A program made the translations under genes and the position numbers. This document shows positions 39,307-47,910 of a stretch of 64,000 nt of DNA, in pieces. The notes beneath the pieces were generated by a model, which worked only from the letters and a program-made list of their open reading frames with translations, made no database searches and was not told the origin of the DNA. This DNA comes from Planctomycetota bacterium (lineage in GTDB: Bacteria; Planctomycetota; UBA8108; SXIK01): positions 6,976,001 to 7,040,000 of the forward strand of contig CBDCXR010000004.1 of NCBI GenBank assembly GCA_965223845.1. Direction: 5' to 3'. How positions within the stretch are numbered: the first letter of the stretch is position 1; the number at the start of each line of letters is the position of its first letter.

Positions 39307-40617
39307 TCAACGCTGAGTGAGCTGCCGCATCGCCTCGTTCTTCGCGTCTTCGAGGAGCAGCGCGTCCCAGAGTGCCCAGTATTCCGTCTGATCGCGGAGC
39401 TGCTCGGCGCGCGGCGCGTCCGGCGAATACGCGACGACCACCTCGGGGAGAAGCTCTTGAAGGGCTTCGTACGCGGTCACCCGCACGAAACGATCGGGGT
39501 CGCTGAGACCGTCGATCGCGAGCGGCGCACCTCGGCGGTCACCGATCTCGAGAACGATTCGCTGAGCCGCGCGGCGCGTGAGCTCGAACGGGTGGTGGAT
39601 CGCCGGCCGGAGGTAGGCGAGCGCCGCCGGGCCGATTTCCTTGAGCTGGCGCTCGGCCCGGACGCGGTTCCGCGTTCGCTGACGGCCCAGCTCGCGGACT
39701 GCGGTCTGGATATCGGTGATCGCCTCGTCCGCGATTTCGGCTCCGGCGCTCTCGGGGGTCGCGGGGCGAATCGCTCCGAGTCGCTCGCCGATGAGCGCGT
39801 CGAGCAGCTCGCGGAGGATCTCGGCCTTCAGCTCTTCCTTGAGAGCTTCGAGGTCGGAGGCGGGAGCGGGCGCGGTGTCAGACGGATCCATCTCCGGAAG
39901 CGATCCCTCGTCCGTCGCGTCGTCGGCCGGGAGCGCGATCACGCCGCTCTCTTCCGCGATGCGGTCGATCTCGCTCCGCTTGACGAGCACGATGCCCATC
40001 TCGCCGACCTTCAGCTTCACGGGCTCGTTCTCCGCCGTGGGGAGAACGTCGCCGTTCATCCGATTGCCGTTCTTCAGATAGAGAACGTGAGTCGTCTTGA
40101 CCTCGGTCGGCGTGTCCATCGGGGCCAGCCCGGTCGGCACTGCCGCCGCCTCGGTTTCGATCGCGTCGATCGATGCGATGCCGGAGCGAGCGAGACGCAG
40201 CTTCCCGACTTCGGGGATTTCGAGGACGAGCGTCTGCTCGTTGCTCTCGGAGGAAACGCGGCCGTAGTAGTTCCCGCCTCCGTAGTAGGACCATTTCCCC
40301 TTGGCGAGCTTCACTTCGACGAAGTCCTTGAACGTCGCGGGAGTCGTGAGGATCGAGTCGATGTCGTCGTCGTCGTCACCTTCGGTTTTGGCAGCTTCCA
40401 CCTCTCCCTTCGTGACGGACGCAACCTCGCTCGCGCGGAAGTACATTCGTCCACCGTCCACCTCGACGGTGAGAACGCCTCCATCCTTTTCGCGTTCGTC
40501 CGAGCTGATCTTTCCGTCGACGCGGTTGCCGTTCTTGAGCAGGATCACGTCCGCCCACGCGGGGGACGCCGAAAGCGTGCAGACGAGAACGGCGGCTGCG
40601 AGAGAACGCAGAGCCAT
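39307..40617 (-). CDS. Exported protein with repeated 'LKNG..(V/M).G' small beta domains and C-terminal HEAT repeats
   Basis: AAGGAGG RBS; signal peptide (AWA); three similar beta modules; HEAT-like C-terminus (LIDGLSD-type 'IDGLSDPDRFVR'). Confidence 0.7.
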   Translation of the reverse strand: MALRSLAAAVLVCTLSASPAWADVILLKNGNRVDGKISSDEREKDGGVLTVEVDGGRMYFRASEVASVTKGEVEAAKTEGDDDDDIDSILTTPATFKDFVEVKLAKGKWSYYGGGNYYGRVSSESNEQTLVLEIPEVGKLRLARSGIASIDAIETEAAAVPTGLAPMDTPTEVKTTHVLYLKNGNRMNGDVLPTAENEPVKLKVGEMGIVLVKRSEIDRIAEESGVIALPADDATDEGSLPEMDPSDTAPAPASDLEALKEELKAEILRELLDALIGERLGAIRPATPESAGAEIADEAITDIQTAVRELGRQRTRNRVRAERQLKEIGPAALAYLRPAIHHPFELTRRAAQRIVLEIGDRRGAPLAIDGLSDPDRFVRVTAYEALQELLPEVVVAYSPDAPRAEQLRDQTEYWALWDALLLEDAKNEAMRQLTQR

Positions 40618-40640
40618 GGGGACCTCCTTAGCACCGGCAA

Positions 40641-40662
40641 TTCTGATGCGGTTCTGATGCGG
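40641..40662. repeat. Perfect 11-bp tandem direct repeat (TTCTGATGCGG x2)
   Basis: Seen directly, just upstream of the RBS of the 39307-40617 gene. Confidence 0.7.
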
Positions 40663-40908
40663 TTGGTGTGCTGAGCAGTTGGGGCGTTGGTCGCGGCGTG
40701 CGTCGTCGAGAGTGCAGGCGGCGCTGCGACCCGTCCGGCGGTCCGAATCTGTAGGAGTTCGGACAACGATCTACTAACCGATTATAGGGCTGGGCCGAGA
40801 TTGCCTACCCGCGTCTCGTCGCGATCGCGCGGTGTGCGGTGCGAAAACGGCGTGCCAATCGATTCCGGCCATCGGGCGAACCGGTCGCGTACGCGGTTCG
40901 GCGCGCGT

Positions 40909-41691
40909 TCAGCGAATCACCGGTCGCACGGGGACTTCGTGCTCGTCGAGGTACGCTTTGATCGATTCAATCGAGTGTTCGCCGTAGTGGACCATGCTCG
41001 CGATCAGCGCGGCGTCGGCGCGCCCTTCGACGAGAACTTCGCGGAGGTGCTCGGGAGTTCCGGCGCCGCCGGACGCGATGACGGGGATTCCTACGGCATC
41101 CGCGATCTTGGACGTCAGCGTGATCTCGTAACCTTCCTTCGTGCCGTCGGCATCGATCGAATTGACGCAGATCTCGCCCGCGCCGAGCTCCTCCGCGCGC
41201 CGCGCCCACTCGATCGCGTCGATCCCCGTCCGCTCGCGGCCGCCGCGAACGACGATCTCGTATCCCGACGGCACCGATTCGGTGGCGTCGACTCGAAGCG
41301 CGTCCATCCCGAGCACGATGCACTGACTGCCGAACGCTCGCGCTCCCTCGGCGATGATGTCCGGGCTTCGCACCGCGAGCGAATTCACGCTCACCTTCTC
41401 GGCGCCGGCAAGGAGCACCTCGTGCATATCGTCGAGGCCGCGGATGCCGCCGCCTACGGAGAAGGGGATGAAGACGTTCGCTGCGACCTCGCGCACCATG
41501 TCGACATCGATCGGGCGGTTCTCCGCGGACGCGGTGATGTCGTAGAAAACGAGCTCGTCGACACCTTCTTCGTAGTAGCGAGCGCCCATTTCGACGGGCT
41601 CGCCGATGTCGACGTTTCCCTGGAATCGGACTCCCTTGGTCGTCTTCTTATCGCGGACGTCGAGGCAGATGATGACGCGCTTCGAGAGCAT
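40909..41691 (-). CDS. hisF: Imidazole glycerol phosphate synthase cyclase subunit
   Basis: [42 protein letters not shown] and PVIASGGAG motifs. Confidence 0.97.
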   Translation of the reverse strand: MLSKRVIICLDVRDKKTTKGVRFQGNVDIGEPVEMGARYYEEGVDELVFYDITASAENRPIDVDMVREVAANVFIPFSVGGGIRGLDDMHEVLLAGAEKVSVNSLAVRSPDIIAEGARAFGSQCIVLGMDALRVDATESVPSGYEIVVRGGRERTGIDAIEWARRAEELGAGEICVNSIDADGTKEGYEITLTSKIADAVGIPVIASGGAGTPEHLREVLVEGRADAALIASMVHYGEHSIESIKAYLDEHEVPVRPVIR

Positions 41692-41745
41692 GGTGGGACG
41701 ATCCGAGATGGAGGGGTGGCGAGTCGGTGAATCCAGACGGTTTGT

Positions 41746-42387
41746 CTACGGCGACCACGAAAGAAAGTTGCGGAGAAGCTGGAGGCCCGGTCGTCCGCTC
41801 TTTTCGGTGTGAAACTGCACGGCGGCAACGTTGCGCTCGAGGAACGCAGTGGCGAAGTCGACCTCGCCGTAGGTGCTCCGTCCGCGCACGATGCGTTCGT
41901 CCGCGGGCTCGGGATAGTAGCTGTGCACGTAGTAGAACTGACTTCCCGGGGGGATCGACGCGAACAGGGAGTGAGCGTACGCGTCCTGAGTGAGCCGGAG
42001 CTCGTTCCATCCCATGTGCGGAATCTTCTGCTCGTCTCCCGGCGCGAACTGGAACTTACGCACCGTGCCGCGGAGAAGACCGAGGCAGTCGACGCCGCCG
42101 TCTTCGTCGCTCCGTTCGAAGATCACCTGACAGCCGATGCAGATGCCGAAGAACGGCCGGCCGGTCGCGACGAACGTGCGGATGGCGTCCGCGACGCCGG
42201 ACGCGGAGAGGCTCTCCATCGTCGCTCCGGCGGCGCCGACTCCCGGGAAGATGACTCGCTCCGCGCTCGCGATCTCGTCGGGAGATTCGGCGAGGCGCGG
42301 TTCGCCGCCGACGTGACGCACGGCGTGCGCGACGCTCGTGACGTTTCCGGCATCGAACTGAACGAGAACCGCGGTCGGTCGAGACAT
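41746..42387 (-). CDS. hisH: Imidazole glycerol phosphate synthase glutaminase subunit
   Basis: PGVG, GICIGCQ, IPHMGWN, VHSY and QFHTEKS motifs. Confidence 0.96.
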   Translation of the reverse strand: MSRPTAVLVQFDAGNVTSVAHAVRHVGGEPRLAESPDEIASAERVIFPGVGAAGATMESLSASGVADAIRTFVATGRPFFGICIGCQVIFERSDEDGGVDCLGLLRGTVRKFQFAPGDEQKIPHMGWNELRLTQDAYAHSLFASIPPGSQFYYVHSYYPEPADERIVRGRSTYGEVDFATAFLERNVAAVQFHTEKSGRPGLQLLRNFLSWSP

Positions 42388-42416
42388 CGTGGGGCGCTCC
42401 GGGAAGGAAACCGCGC

Positions 42417-42425
42417 ATCATAGCA
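42417..42425 (-). promoter_or_regulatory. Extended -10 element for hisH (TGcTATGAT)
   Basis: Reverse complement of ATCATAGCA, about 30 nt upstream of the hisH ATG. Confidence 0.45.
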
Positions 42426-42550
42426 ATCTCTCGCGAAAGTCCATCCCCCCGCTCGGCGCGCGTGGCGCGCAAGGGTCGCCGAAGGTCAGGAGTAAACTTA
42501 AGTACCTATTGTGATTGTGGTTAGGTTTTCTTCGGGGATCGGAAAATCTG

Positions 42551-42576
42551 TGAAACTGTCGACCGCGACTCTCGAC
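42551..42576 (+). promoter_or_regulatory. Putative ECF sigma promoter TGAAAC-N16-CGAC
   Basis: Matches the SigW/SigX-type consensus and spacing, upstream of the 42653 gene. Confidence 0.45.
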
Positions 42577-42652
42577 TTCCCAGGCAGAGAACACGGACTC
42601 GGGCGCCGTCGCCCGAACGAAGAATCGAAACCGCAGCAGGGAGTCAGCCGTC

Positions 42653-43477
42653 ATGTTCAAGTGGACGAAGCGATTGGTGTTACTCGGGGTGGTCGGCGGA
42701 GCCATCGTCGCCGTGTGCGTCGTCACGGGTGCCTCGAGCTACGTGATGAGCTCGGGTCGGATGATCGGATCGAAGCTGAAGGACAGCATTCCGATCGAGT
42801 TCGAGATCCAGCGAGCGCGCGATCTTCTCGACGATCTCGTTCCCGAGCTCCGCGCAAACGTGAGACTCGTCGCGGCGGAAGACGTCGCGGTCGAGACGCT
42901 CGAGCGCGATATCGGCGCGGAGCGAGAGCGCGTTGAGAAGGAGCGATCAAAGGTCCGTACTTTGCGCGACGCGCTCAAGCAGCAGCACGCTTCCTACCGC
43001 TTCGGCAGCGTGACCTACGACCGCGACGAGGTCGTCGGCGAGCTCGAGCGACGTTTCGACAATCTCCGCACCGCGGAGAAGATGCTCGCGAGTCGAGAGG
43101 ATCTCCTCAAGAATCGGCGCCGCTCGCTCCAGGCTGCGATCAACAAGCTCGAGAAGACGCGGATCGCTCGCGTCGAGCTGGCGGCCGAGATCGAGGCGCT
43201 CGAAGCGCAGTTTCGGCTCATGCAGGCGCAGACCGACGACAGTCAGTTCACTCTCGACGACTCGAAGCTCGCGCAGACGCATAAGGTGATCGGCGAGCTC
43301 AAGAACCGGCTGCAGGTCGCGCAGAAGGTCATGGCCCGCGAGGCGAAGCTCGTCGAGTTCATCCCCGTCGAGGTGAAAGTGAGCGAGACGACGGTCGTCG
43401 AGCGGATCGACACCTACTTCGATCGCAGCGATGCCGAAGACACTCCGGCGGTCGCGGCGACGGGTACTGGCTTCTGA
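42653..43477 (+). CDS. N-terminally anchored coiled-coil protein, possibly PspA/IM30-like
   Basis: GGAG RBS; N-terminal hydrophobic helix; long heptad coiled coils; IPIEFEIQRAR motif. Confidence 0.75.
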   Translation: MFKWTKRLVLLGVVGGAIVAVCVVTGASSYVMSSGRMIGSKLKDSIPIEFEIQRARDLLDDLVPELRANVRLVAAEDVAVETLERDIGAERERVEKERSKVRTLRDALKQQHASYRFGSVTYDRDEVVGELERRFDNLRTAEKMLASREDLLKNRRRSLQAAINKLEKTRIARVELAAEIEALEAQFRLMQAQTDDSQFTLDDSKLAQTHKVIGELKNRLQVAQKVMAREAKLVEFIPVEVKVSETTVVERIDTYFDRSDAEDTPAVAATGTGF

Positions 43478-43499
43478 TCCGATCTCGCCGGGTCGAGCG

Positions 43500-43541
43500 A
43501 ACGACGCGCGCGCGGTGAAGGATCCCCGCTCGCGCGTCGTT
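43500..43541 (+). terminator. Strong intergenic hairpin (partial terminator or stabiliser)
   Basis: AACGACGCGCG pairs with CGCGCGTCGTT, followed by a short T run. Confidence 0.45.
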
Positions 43542-43610
43542 TCACGTAGGGTAAATCGGGTGGACGAAGTACGAAGAACGAGCCGGAGACCGGCTCACGC
43601 GAGGTGGACT

Positions 43611-44498
43611 ATGGCGAAGCAAGTGGTATCGGCGAACGCGCGTACGGGCGGTCGAACGCTCTCGAGTCGCGAACGATCGACTCCCGAGCTCTCGCCGCGG
43701 CTCGTGATTCCCTTGGCCGCGCTGCTCGTCCTCGGTGGAGGGGAGCTCGGGTTGGCCGACGAACGCGTCGGCCGCTGGGCCGGAGAGATCTACCAGTTCC
43801 ACGTCGCCGACGGACTCGACCGGTGGCAGAAGGACGCGATCGTCGCCGCCGCGGACGCCGAAGCGGGTGAGGTCGCGGAGGCGCAAGACTGGGTGCGCGA
43901 CGCCGCGGGATCGGTGAACCGCGAGTGGAGCGCGGGCCGGCTCTCGGTCAAGACGCGCGAGCCGGGGCCGACCGGGCGCCTCGTCGGGTACTCCGGCCTA
44001 GAGGGCGACCGTGACTCCGCCTTGGCCTCGGCGCGTCGCGCGGCGAGCGCGCAGATCGCCGGGCTTCTGCTTTGCAGCCTGCCGCCCGGACAGCAGCGCC
44101 GCGGCGCTCTCGACCTCGACGCGATCTCCCGCTGGCTTCTCGACGCGGTCGGAGAGGAGATCGAGGCTCTCCAGCGAGACGTCCACGTCGAGCTCGTGGA
44201 TCGATCCTACGGCCGACTGTATCGCGCCGCGGTTCTGGTCGATCTGTCCGGCGACGCGGCCGAGAGGCTCGCCGCGGTGAGTCGAGCGCGCGTTGAGGAG
44301 GAGTACGCAGCGCTCTCGCGGGCGCGGACGCACTGGCTCGTCGCGCTGGCGATCGCCGGCGCGCTCACATTCGGCGTGATCGCGGCGGCCGGGGCGCTCA
44401 ATTCGTTCACGAAGGGCTATTACTCCGGCCGATTGTTCGTTCTGAGTCTCCTCGCGCTCGGAGTGATTTGGTTTTTCTTCGTCGCCGTGGCTGCGTAG
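43611..44498 (+). CDS. Hypothetical membrane protein (N-terminal signal, two C-terminal TMs)
   Basis: GAGGTGG RBS; TMs flank the NSFTKGYYSGRL loop. Confidence 0.65.
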   Translation: MAKQVVSANARTGGRTLSSRERSTPELSPRLVIPLAALLVLGGGELGLADERVGRWAGEIYQFHVADGLDRWQKDAIVAAADAEAGEVAEAQDWVRDAAGSVNREWSAGRLSVKTREPGPTGRLVGYSGLEGDRDSALASARRAASAQIAGLLLCSLPPGQQRRGALDLDAISRWLLDAVGEEIEALQRDVHVELVDRSYGRLYRAAVLVDLSGDAAERLAAVSRARVEEEYAALSRARTHWLVALAIAGALTFGVIAAAGALNSFTKGYYSGRLFVLSLLALGVIWFFFVAVAA

Positions 44499-44579
44499 CC
44501 GCTCGGCGCCGAGCCCGCTGGACGCGGGGCCACGATCGCGCCCACAAGCGGTCGCGAATCGGGTACTCTCGTCCTTCGA

Positions 44580-45377
44580 ATGACGAAGAAGAACGATCCA
44601 CTCCTCGGTTCGAAGCACGCCCGAGTCCGCGAGATCTATCGGGACGACGTGCTGTGGGTTCTCGACAAGGCGGCCGGGATCCTGAGCCACCCGAATCCGC
44701 CGTCGAAGCGCGCGGCGAACGCTCTCATTCGCGCCGAATACGACCCCGAGCGCGAGCTCTATCGCATCGCGATTCCCGGTGAGCGCCAGCGCCAAGTGCA
44801 TCTCGTTCATCGTCTCGATCAGGAGACGAGCGGGCTCATTCTCTGCACCTTCTCGGCGGCGGCGGCAGCGCGACTCCGTGAGGATTTCTTTCACGGCGCG
44901 ATCGAGAAGGAGTACCGCGCGCTCGTCGTCGGCTGTCCGCGGGCGAAGAGCGGCGAGTGGAGCGATCACCTGCGAAAGACGGCGCACCGCGGTGGAGTCA
45001 ACGTCAGCGTCGCTAGCGGTAAGCCGAACGCGCACACGCGCTTTTCCGTCGTGGAGCGATTCGACCGGGCGAATCTAGCGTTGCTCGCGCTCAAGCCCGA
45101 GACGGGGCGCACGCACCAACTGCGCGTCCAAGCCGCGAGTCGGCACTTTCCGATCGCAGGCGATGAGCGCTACGGCGATTTCGCGGCGAACGCCTTCCTC
45201 GCCGGCGCGATCGGACTGCGCCACATGTTTCTTCACGCGAGCCGGCTGCGCTTTCGGCACCCGGAGACCTCGCATCTCCTTCGCTTCGAGGCGCCGATGA
45301 CGTCGCGGCTCTCGACTCCGCTCGAACGCGCGCGGGAGCTCGCGAAGCCGGTGCCGCGGCGGGTGATGAGCAAGTGA
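44580..45377 (+). CDS. RluA-family pseudouridine synthase
   Basis: DKAAG, HRLDQETSG, TGRTHQLRV, PIAGDERYG and FLHA motifs. Confidence 0.92.
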   Translation: MTKKNDPLLGSKHARVREIYRDDVLWVLDKAAGILSHPNPPSKRAANALIRAEYDPERELYRIAIPGERQRQVHLVHRLDQETSGLILCTFSAAAAARLREDFFHGAIEKEYRALVVGCPRAKSGEWSDHLRKTAHRGGVNVSVASGKPNAHTRFSVVERFDRANLALLALKPETGRTHQLRVQAASRHFPIAGDERYGDFAANAFLAGAIGLRHMFLHASRLRFRHPETSHLLRFEAPMTSRLSTPLERARELAKPVPRRVMSK

Positions 45378-45395
45378 GCTCGCGTACGCTCCGGG

Positions 45396-46928
45396 TCAGC
45401 CGATGATTTCGAGCGGGCGACCGCCGAAGTCGCGCTCGAGGAATCGGTGAAATACGGGTTCCGTCACGTAGCGATCGTACAGGCGTTCGAAGGTGTCGAT
45501 TCCGAGCGGCTTGCGGAGTCGATCGAGTTGCTCGAGGATTCGCTGGGTCCAGTCGAGGCGCTGCATTCCCCAGGTGTAGAGATAGAGATTCGCGAGCACG
45601 CGGAAGAGAAGCTGGGGATCGCGCAGGCTGCGAGCCGCGAGAAGCACCTCGCGATGGAACCGCTCCCCCGGCTGATCGGACCGTTCCTGGAGGAGGAGCT
45701 GGCTCTTGAGGAGGAGGCCGGCGGCGAACGCCGGAAGACAGCCGCGGTGTCGGGCGAGTTCCGTGCACCTCAGGGCATCGGTGAAAGCGGGTTTGAGCCG
45801 TCCGCGCCGAAGCTGATAGTGTCCGCGGTAGAGCGAAACGCGGTAGAGTCCGGACGTCAGTCCGTCGCCCCAGCCCTGAAAGGAGCGCTCCGCCGCGCGG
45901 AACCGCGCGAGCGCGAGCGCGTCGCGCTCGGAGTCACCGAGAAGCGCGACGGCTTCGGCTCCCGCGAGTCGCGCATCGGCGAGGAGCAGGTGACCTCCGA
46001 GCGAAGGCGAGCACGCGCCGCGCGCAAACGACTTCGCGCGACGCAGGTGAGTGGCGGCACGGACCGTATCGTTCTCGTCGAGAGCGACGTGAACGCGGGC
46101 GGCGAGGGCCGCGGCCAGAGTGACGCTCCGCGTCGGCCCCGGCGGAGCGCTCCTCGCCGAGACGAGGGTTTCGTTCAGCAGGCGGTCGGCGGCCGCGAAC
46201 TCGCCGCGCTTTTCGTGAACGATCGCGACGTGAATGCGAAATCCTTCCGCGCGAAAGGCATTCCCGAGTCGGCGGCAATTCGTGGCCGCGCGGGAGAGAA
46301 TCGACTCGGCCCGCGAAAGCTGCCCCTCGGCGACATCGATGATTCCGATCGCGCCGCGCGCTTCCCAGGCTCTTCGCTGGGAGTCGACGGCGGGATCCGC
46401 GTGAAACTCCGCCGCGCTTCTCGCGAAGAGGGATCGTGCGCGCCGGTAGTCGCCGCTCAAGTAGCGGAAGCGTGCGAGTGCGTCCAACCACGCACCGCGG
46501 TCGTACGGTTCACGCGCGTTTCGCCTCTCGAGGACGAGCGTCTTCCGTACCGTCGACCGCCGCAGCGTGCTCGCGGCCGCGTCCAGCCGCAGGGTTTGGA
46601 ACCAAGGATACCGGTCGAGGTCGCGCCACTCGCCGGAGGCGTCGAGCCAGGCGGAATCGCGGGAGACCGGAGCCACCGCGCGAGAATCCAGTAGGCGGTA
46701 GATTCGTTCGCCGATCGCCGTGCCGTGACGCCGTTGGTGCGTTCGGACGAGCGCGGCGGCGAGATCCGACCCTCCCGCTTGAACGAGAATGTCGATCGCC
46801 CGGACGACGAACCCGAGGCGCTCGGGCCGATCGGTCCACGCAAGGAGACTTCGTGACGCCAAGGGGAATTCGCGCGCGTCGCCTGATCCCGCCCGCAGGA
46901 TCGCCCCTGCGATTCTCGGCCACTCCAC
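45396..46928 (-). CDS. TPR-like all-helical hypothetical protein
   Basis: GAGAGG RBS before GTG; TPR-like repeats (GDYRRARSLF, GQLSRAESIL, GEFAAADRLL). Confidence 0.6.
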   Translation of the reverse strand: MEWPRIAGAILRAGSGDAREFPLASRSLLAWTDRPERLGFVVRAIDILVQAGGSDLAAALVRTHQRRHGTAIGERIYRLLDSRAVAPVSRDSAWLDASGEWRDLDRYPWFQTLRLDAAASTLRRSTVRKTLVLERRNAREPYDRGAWLDALARFRYLSGDYRRARSLFARSAAEFHADPAVDSQRRAWEARGAIGIIDVAEGQLSRAESILSRAATNCRRLGNAFRAEGFRIHVAIVHEKRGEFAAADRLLNETLVSARSAPPGPTRSVTLAAALAARVHVALDENDTVRAATHLRRAKSFARGACSPSLGGHLLLADARLAGAEAVALLGDSERDALALARFRAAERSFQGWGDGLTSGLYRVSLYRGHYQLRRGRLKPAFTDALRCTELARHRGCLPAFAAGLLLKSQLLLQERSDQPGERFHREVLLAARSLRDPQLLFRVLANLYLYTWGMQRLDWTQRILEQLDRLRKPLGIDTFERLYDRYVTEPVFHRFLERDFGGRPLEIIG

Positions 46929-46972
46929 CGTACCGTCCTCTCTCGCTGGAGTCGAACTGGCCGCCCCGAAGC

Positions 46973-47683
46973 CTAGGGTTCGTTCGGTTGCACGTCGAAC
47001 TCACCGTCGCGCCGAACGAGCGCGAAGCGGGCGAACGCTTGCGTCGGTTCGTGCCACGGACGGTGGAGAAGGAGGTCATACCGCTCGGTGCGCGATTCCG
47101 ACCAGGCGGTCTCGTCAAAGTCGAGGAGAGTTGTGACGTGACCCGAGGCGAGCCCCGCATCGAGGGCGGACGCGACATCGGCGTGGCGAAGGGCGACGAG
47201 GAACGCGTCGAGCGAGGCCGTCGTCGTGAGGACTGGAATCGATGTCTCCTCCTCGGACGAGATGAATCGAGCGGAGACAACACGGTGTCGAGGTTCGGTT
47301 GCGCATTCCGCGACCTCGACCCGGTAGCGATTCATGCTCAGGCTGAACTGCGACGCGAACTCGAGCCCGTAGCGTCGCCGCGCGGCGCAGTCTTCCGGTG
47401 GGTCGTCGTCGGGTTCGAGCGTCGTCAGCGCTTCGAGATTGAGCGGAATCAGCGTGGAATCGAGCAACTCGCGGAGCTCGGGAGATTCGAGGAGCGCACG
47501 GACACGGAGAACGTCATCGAATTCGCTGAACTGTGAGCGATTGACGAAGATGTCTCCGATGTCCGACGCGAGTACGATTCGCCAGCCCACGAAGGCGAGC
47601 AGCGCGAGGCCGCCGAGAGCCGCGGCGTGACGAATCGGAGTTCGCGGTCGTGTTCGTCGACTCACTTTTCGCGCCCGTCTCAC
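46973..47683 (-). CDS. Hypothetical exported/membrane-anchored protein
   Basis: Basic N-terminus plus a hydrophobic helix, then an acidic globular region. Candidate promoter TTGCGC-N18-TAGGAT lies at 47719-47748. Start is uncertain. Confidence 0.55.
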   Translation of the reverse strand: MRRARKVSRRTRPRTPIRHAAALGGLALLAFVGWRIVLASDIGDIFVNRSQFSEFDDVLRVRALLESPELRELLDSTLIPLNLEALTTLEPDDDPPEDCAARRRYGLEFASQFSLSMNRYRVEVAECATEPRHRVVSARFISSEEETSIPVLTTTASLDAFLVALRHADVASALDAGLASGHVTTLLDFDETAWSESRTERYDLLLHRPWHEPTQAFARFALVRRDGEFDVQPNEP

Positions 47684-47822
47684 AATTGACCAATCGACAG
47701 AATTTTCCAAACGGAAGCATCCTATCGGGCGCGGAAGGGCCGGCGCAAGGGGGCGAATTCGGGAGAATTTCGCCCTCGCGGCGCGATCGTGGGGGCCTGG
47801 CGGGTGCGGGGTCCCCGCCCGC

Positions 47823-47863
47823 AAAAAAAAAAAACCGACCCCGGTCGAGCGACCGAGGTCGGT
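47823..47863 (-). terminator. Rho-independent terminator of hppA
   Basis: On the minus strand ACCGACCTCGGTC-GCTC-GACCGGGGTCGGT is followed by a long U run. Confidence 0.9.
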
Positions 47864-47910
47864 GTGCTGTCGGTTGTCTCTCGATCGACGCCCTCGAGCG
47901 TCCGCGGATC

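Noticed and set aside
40841-40860. TGGCACG sigma54-like -24 box on the minus strand
   Set aside because: The -12 position reads TTTC rather than TTGC, so the GG-N10-GC spacing is not met.
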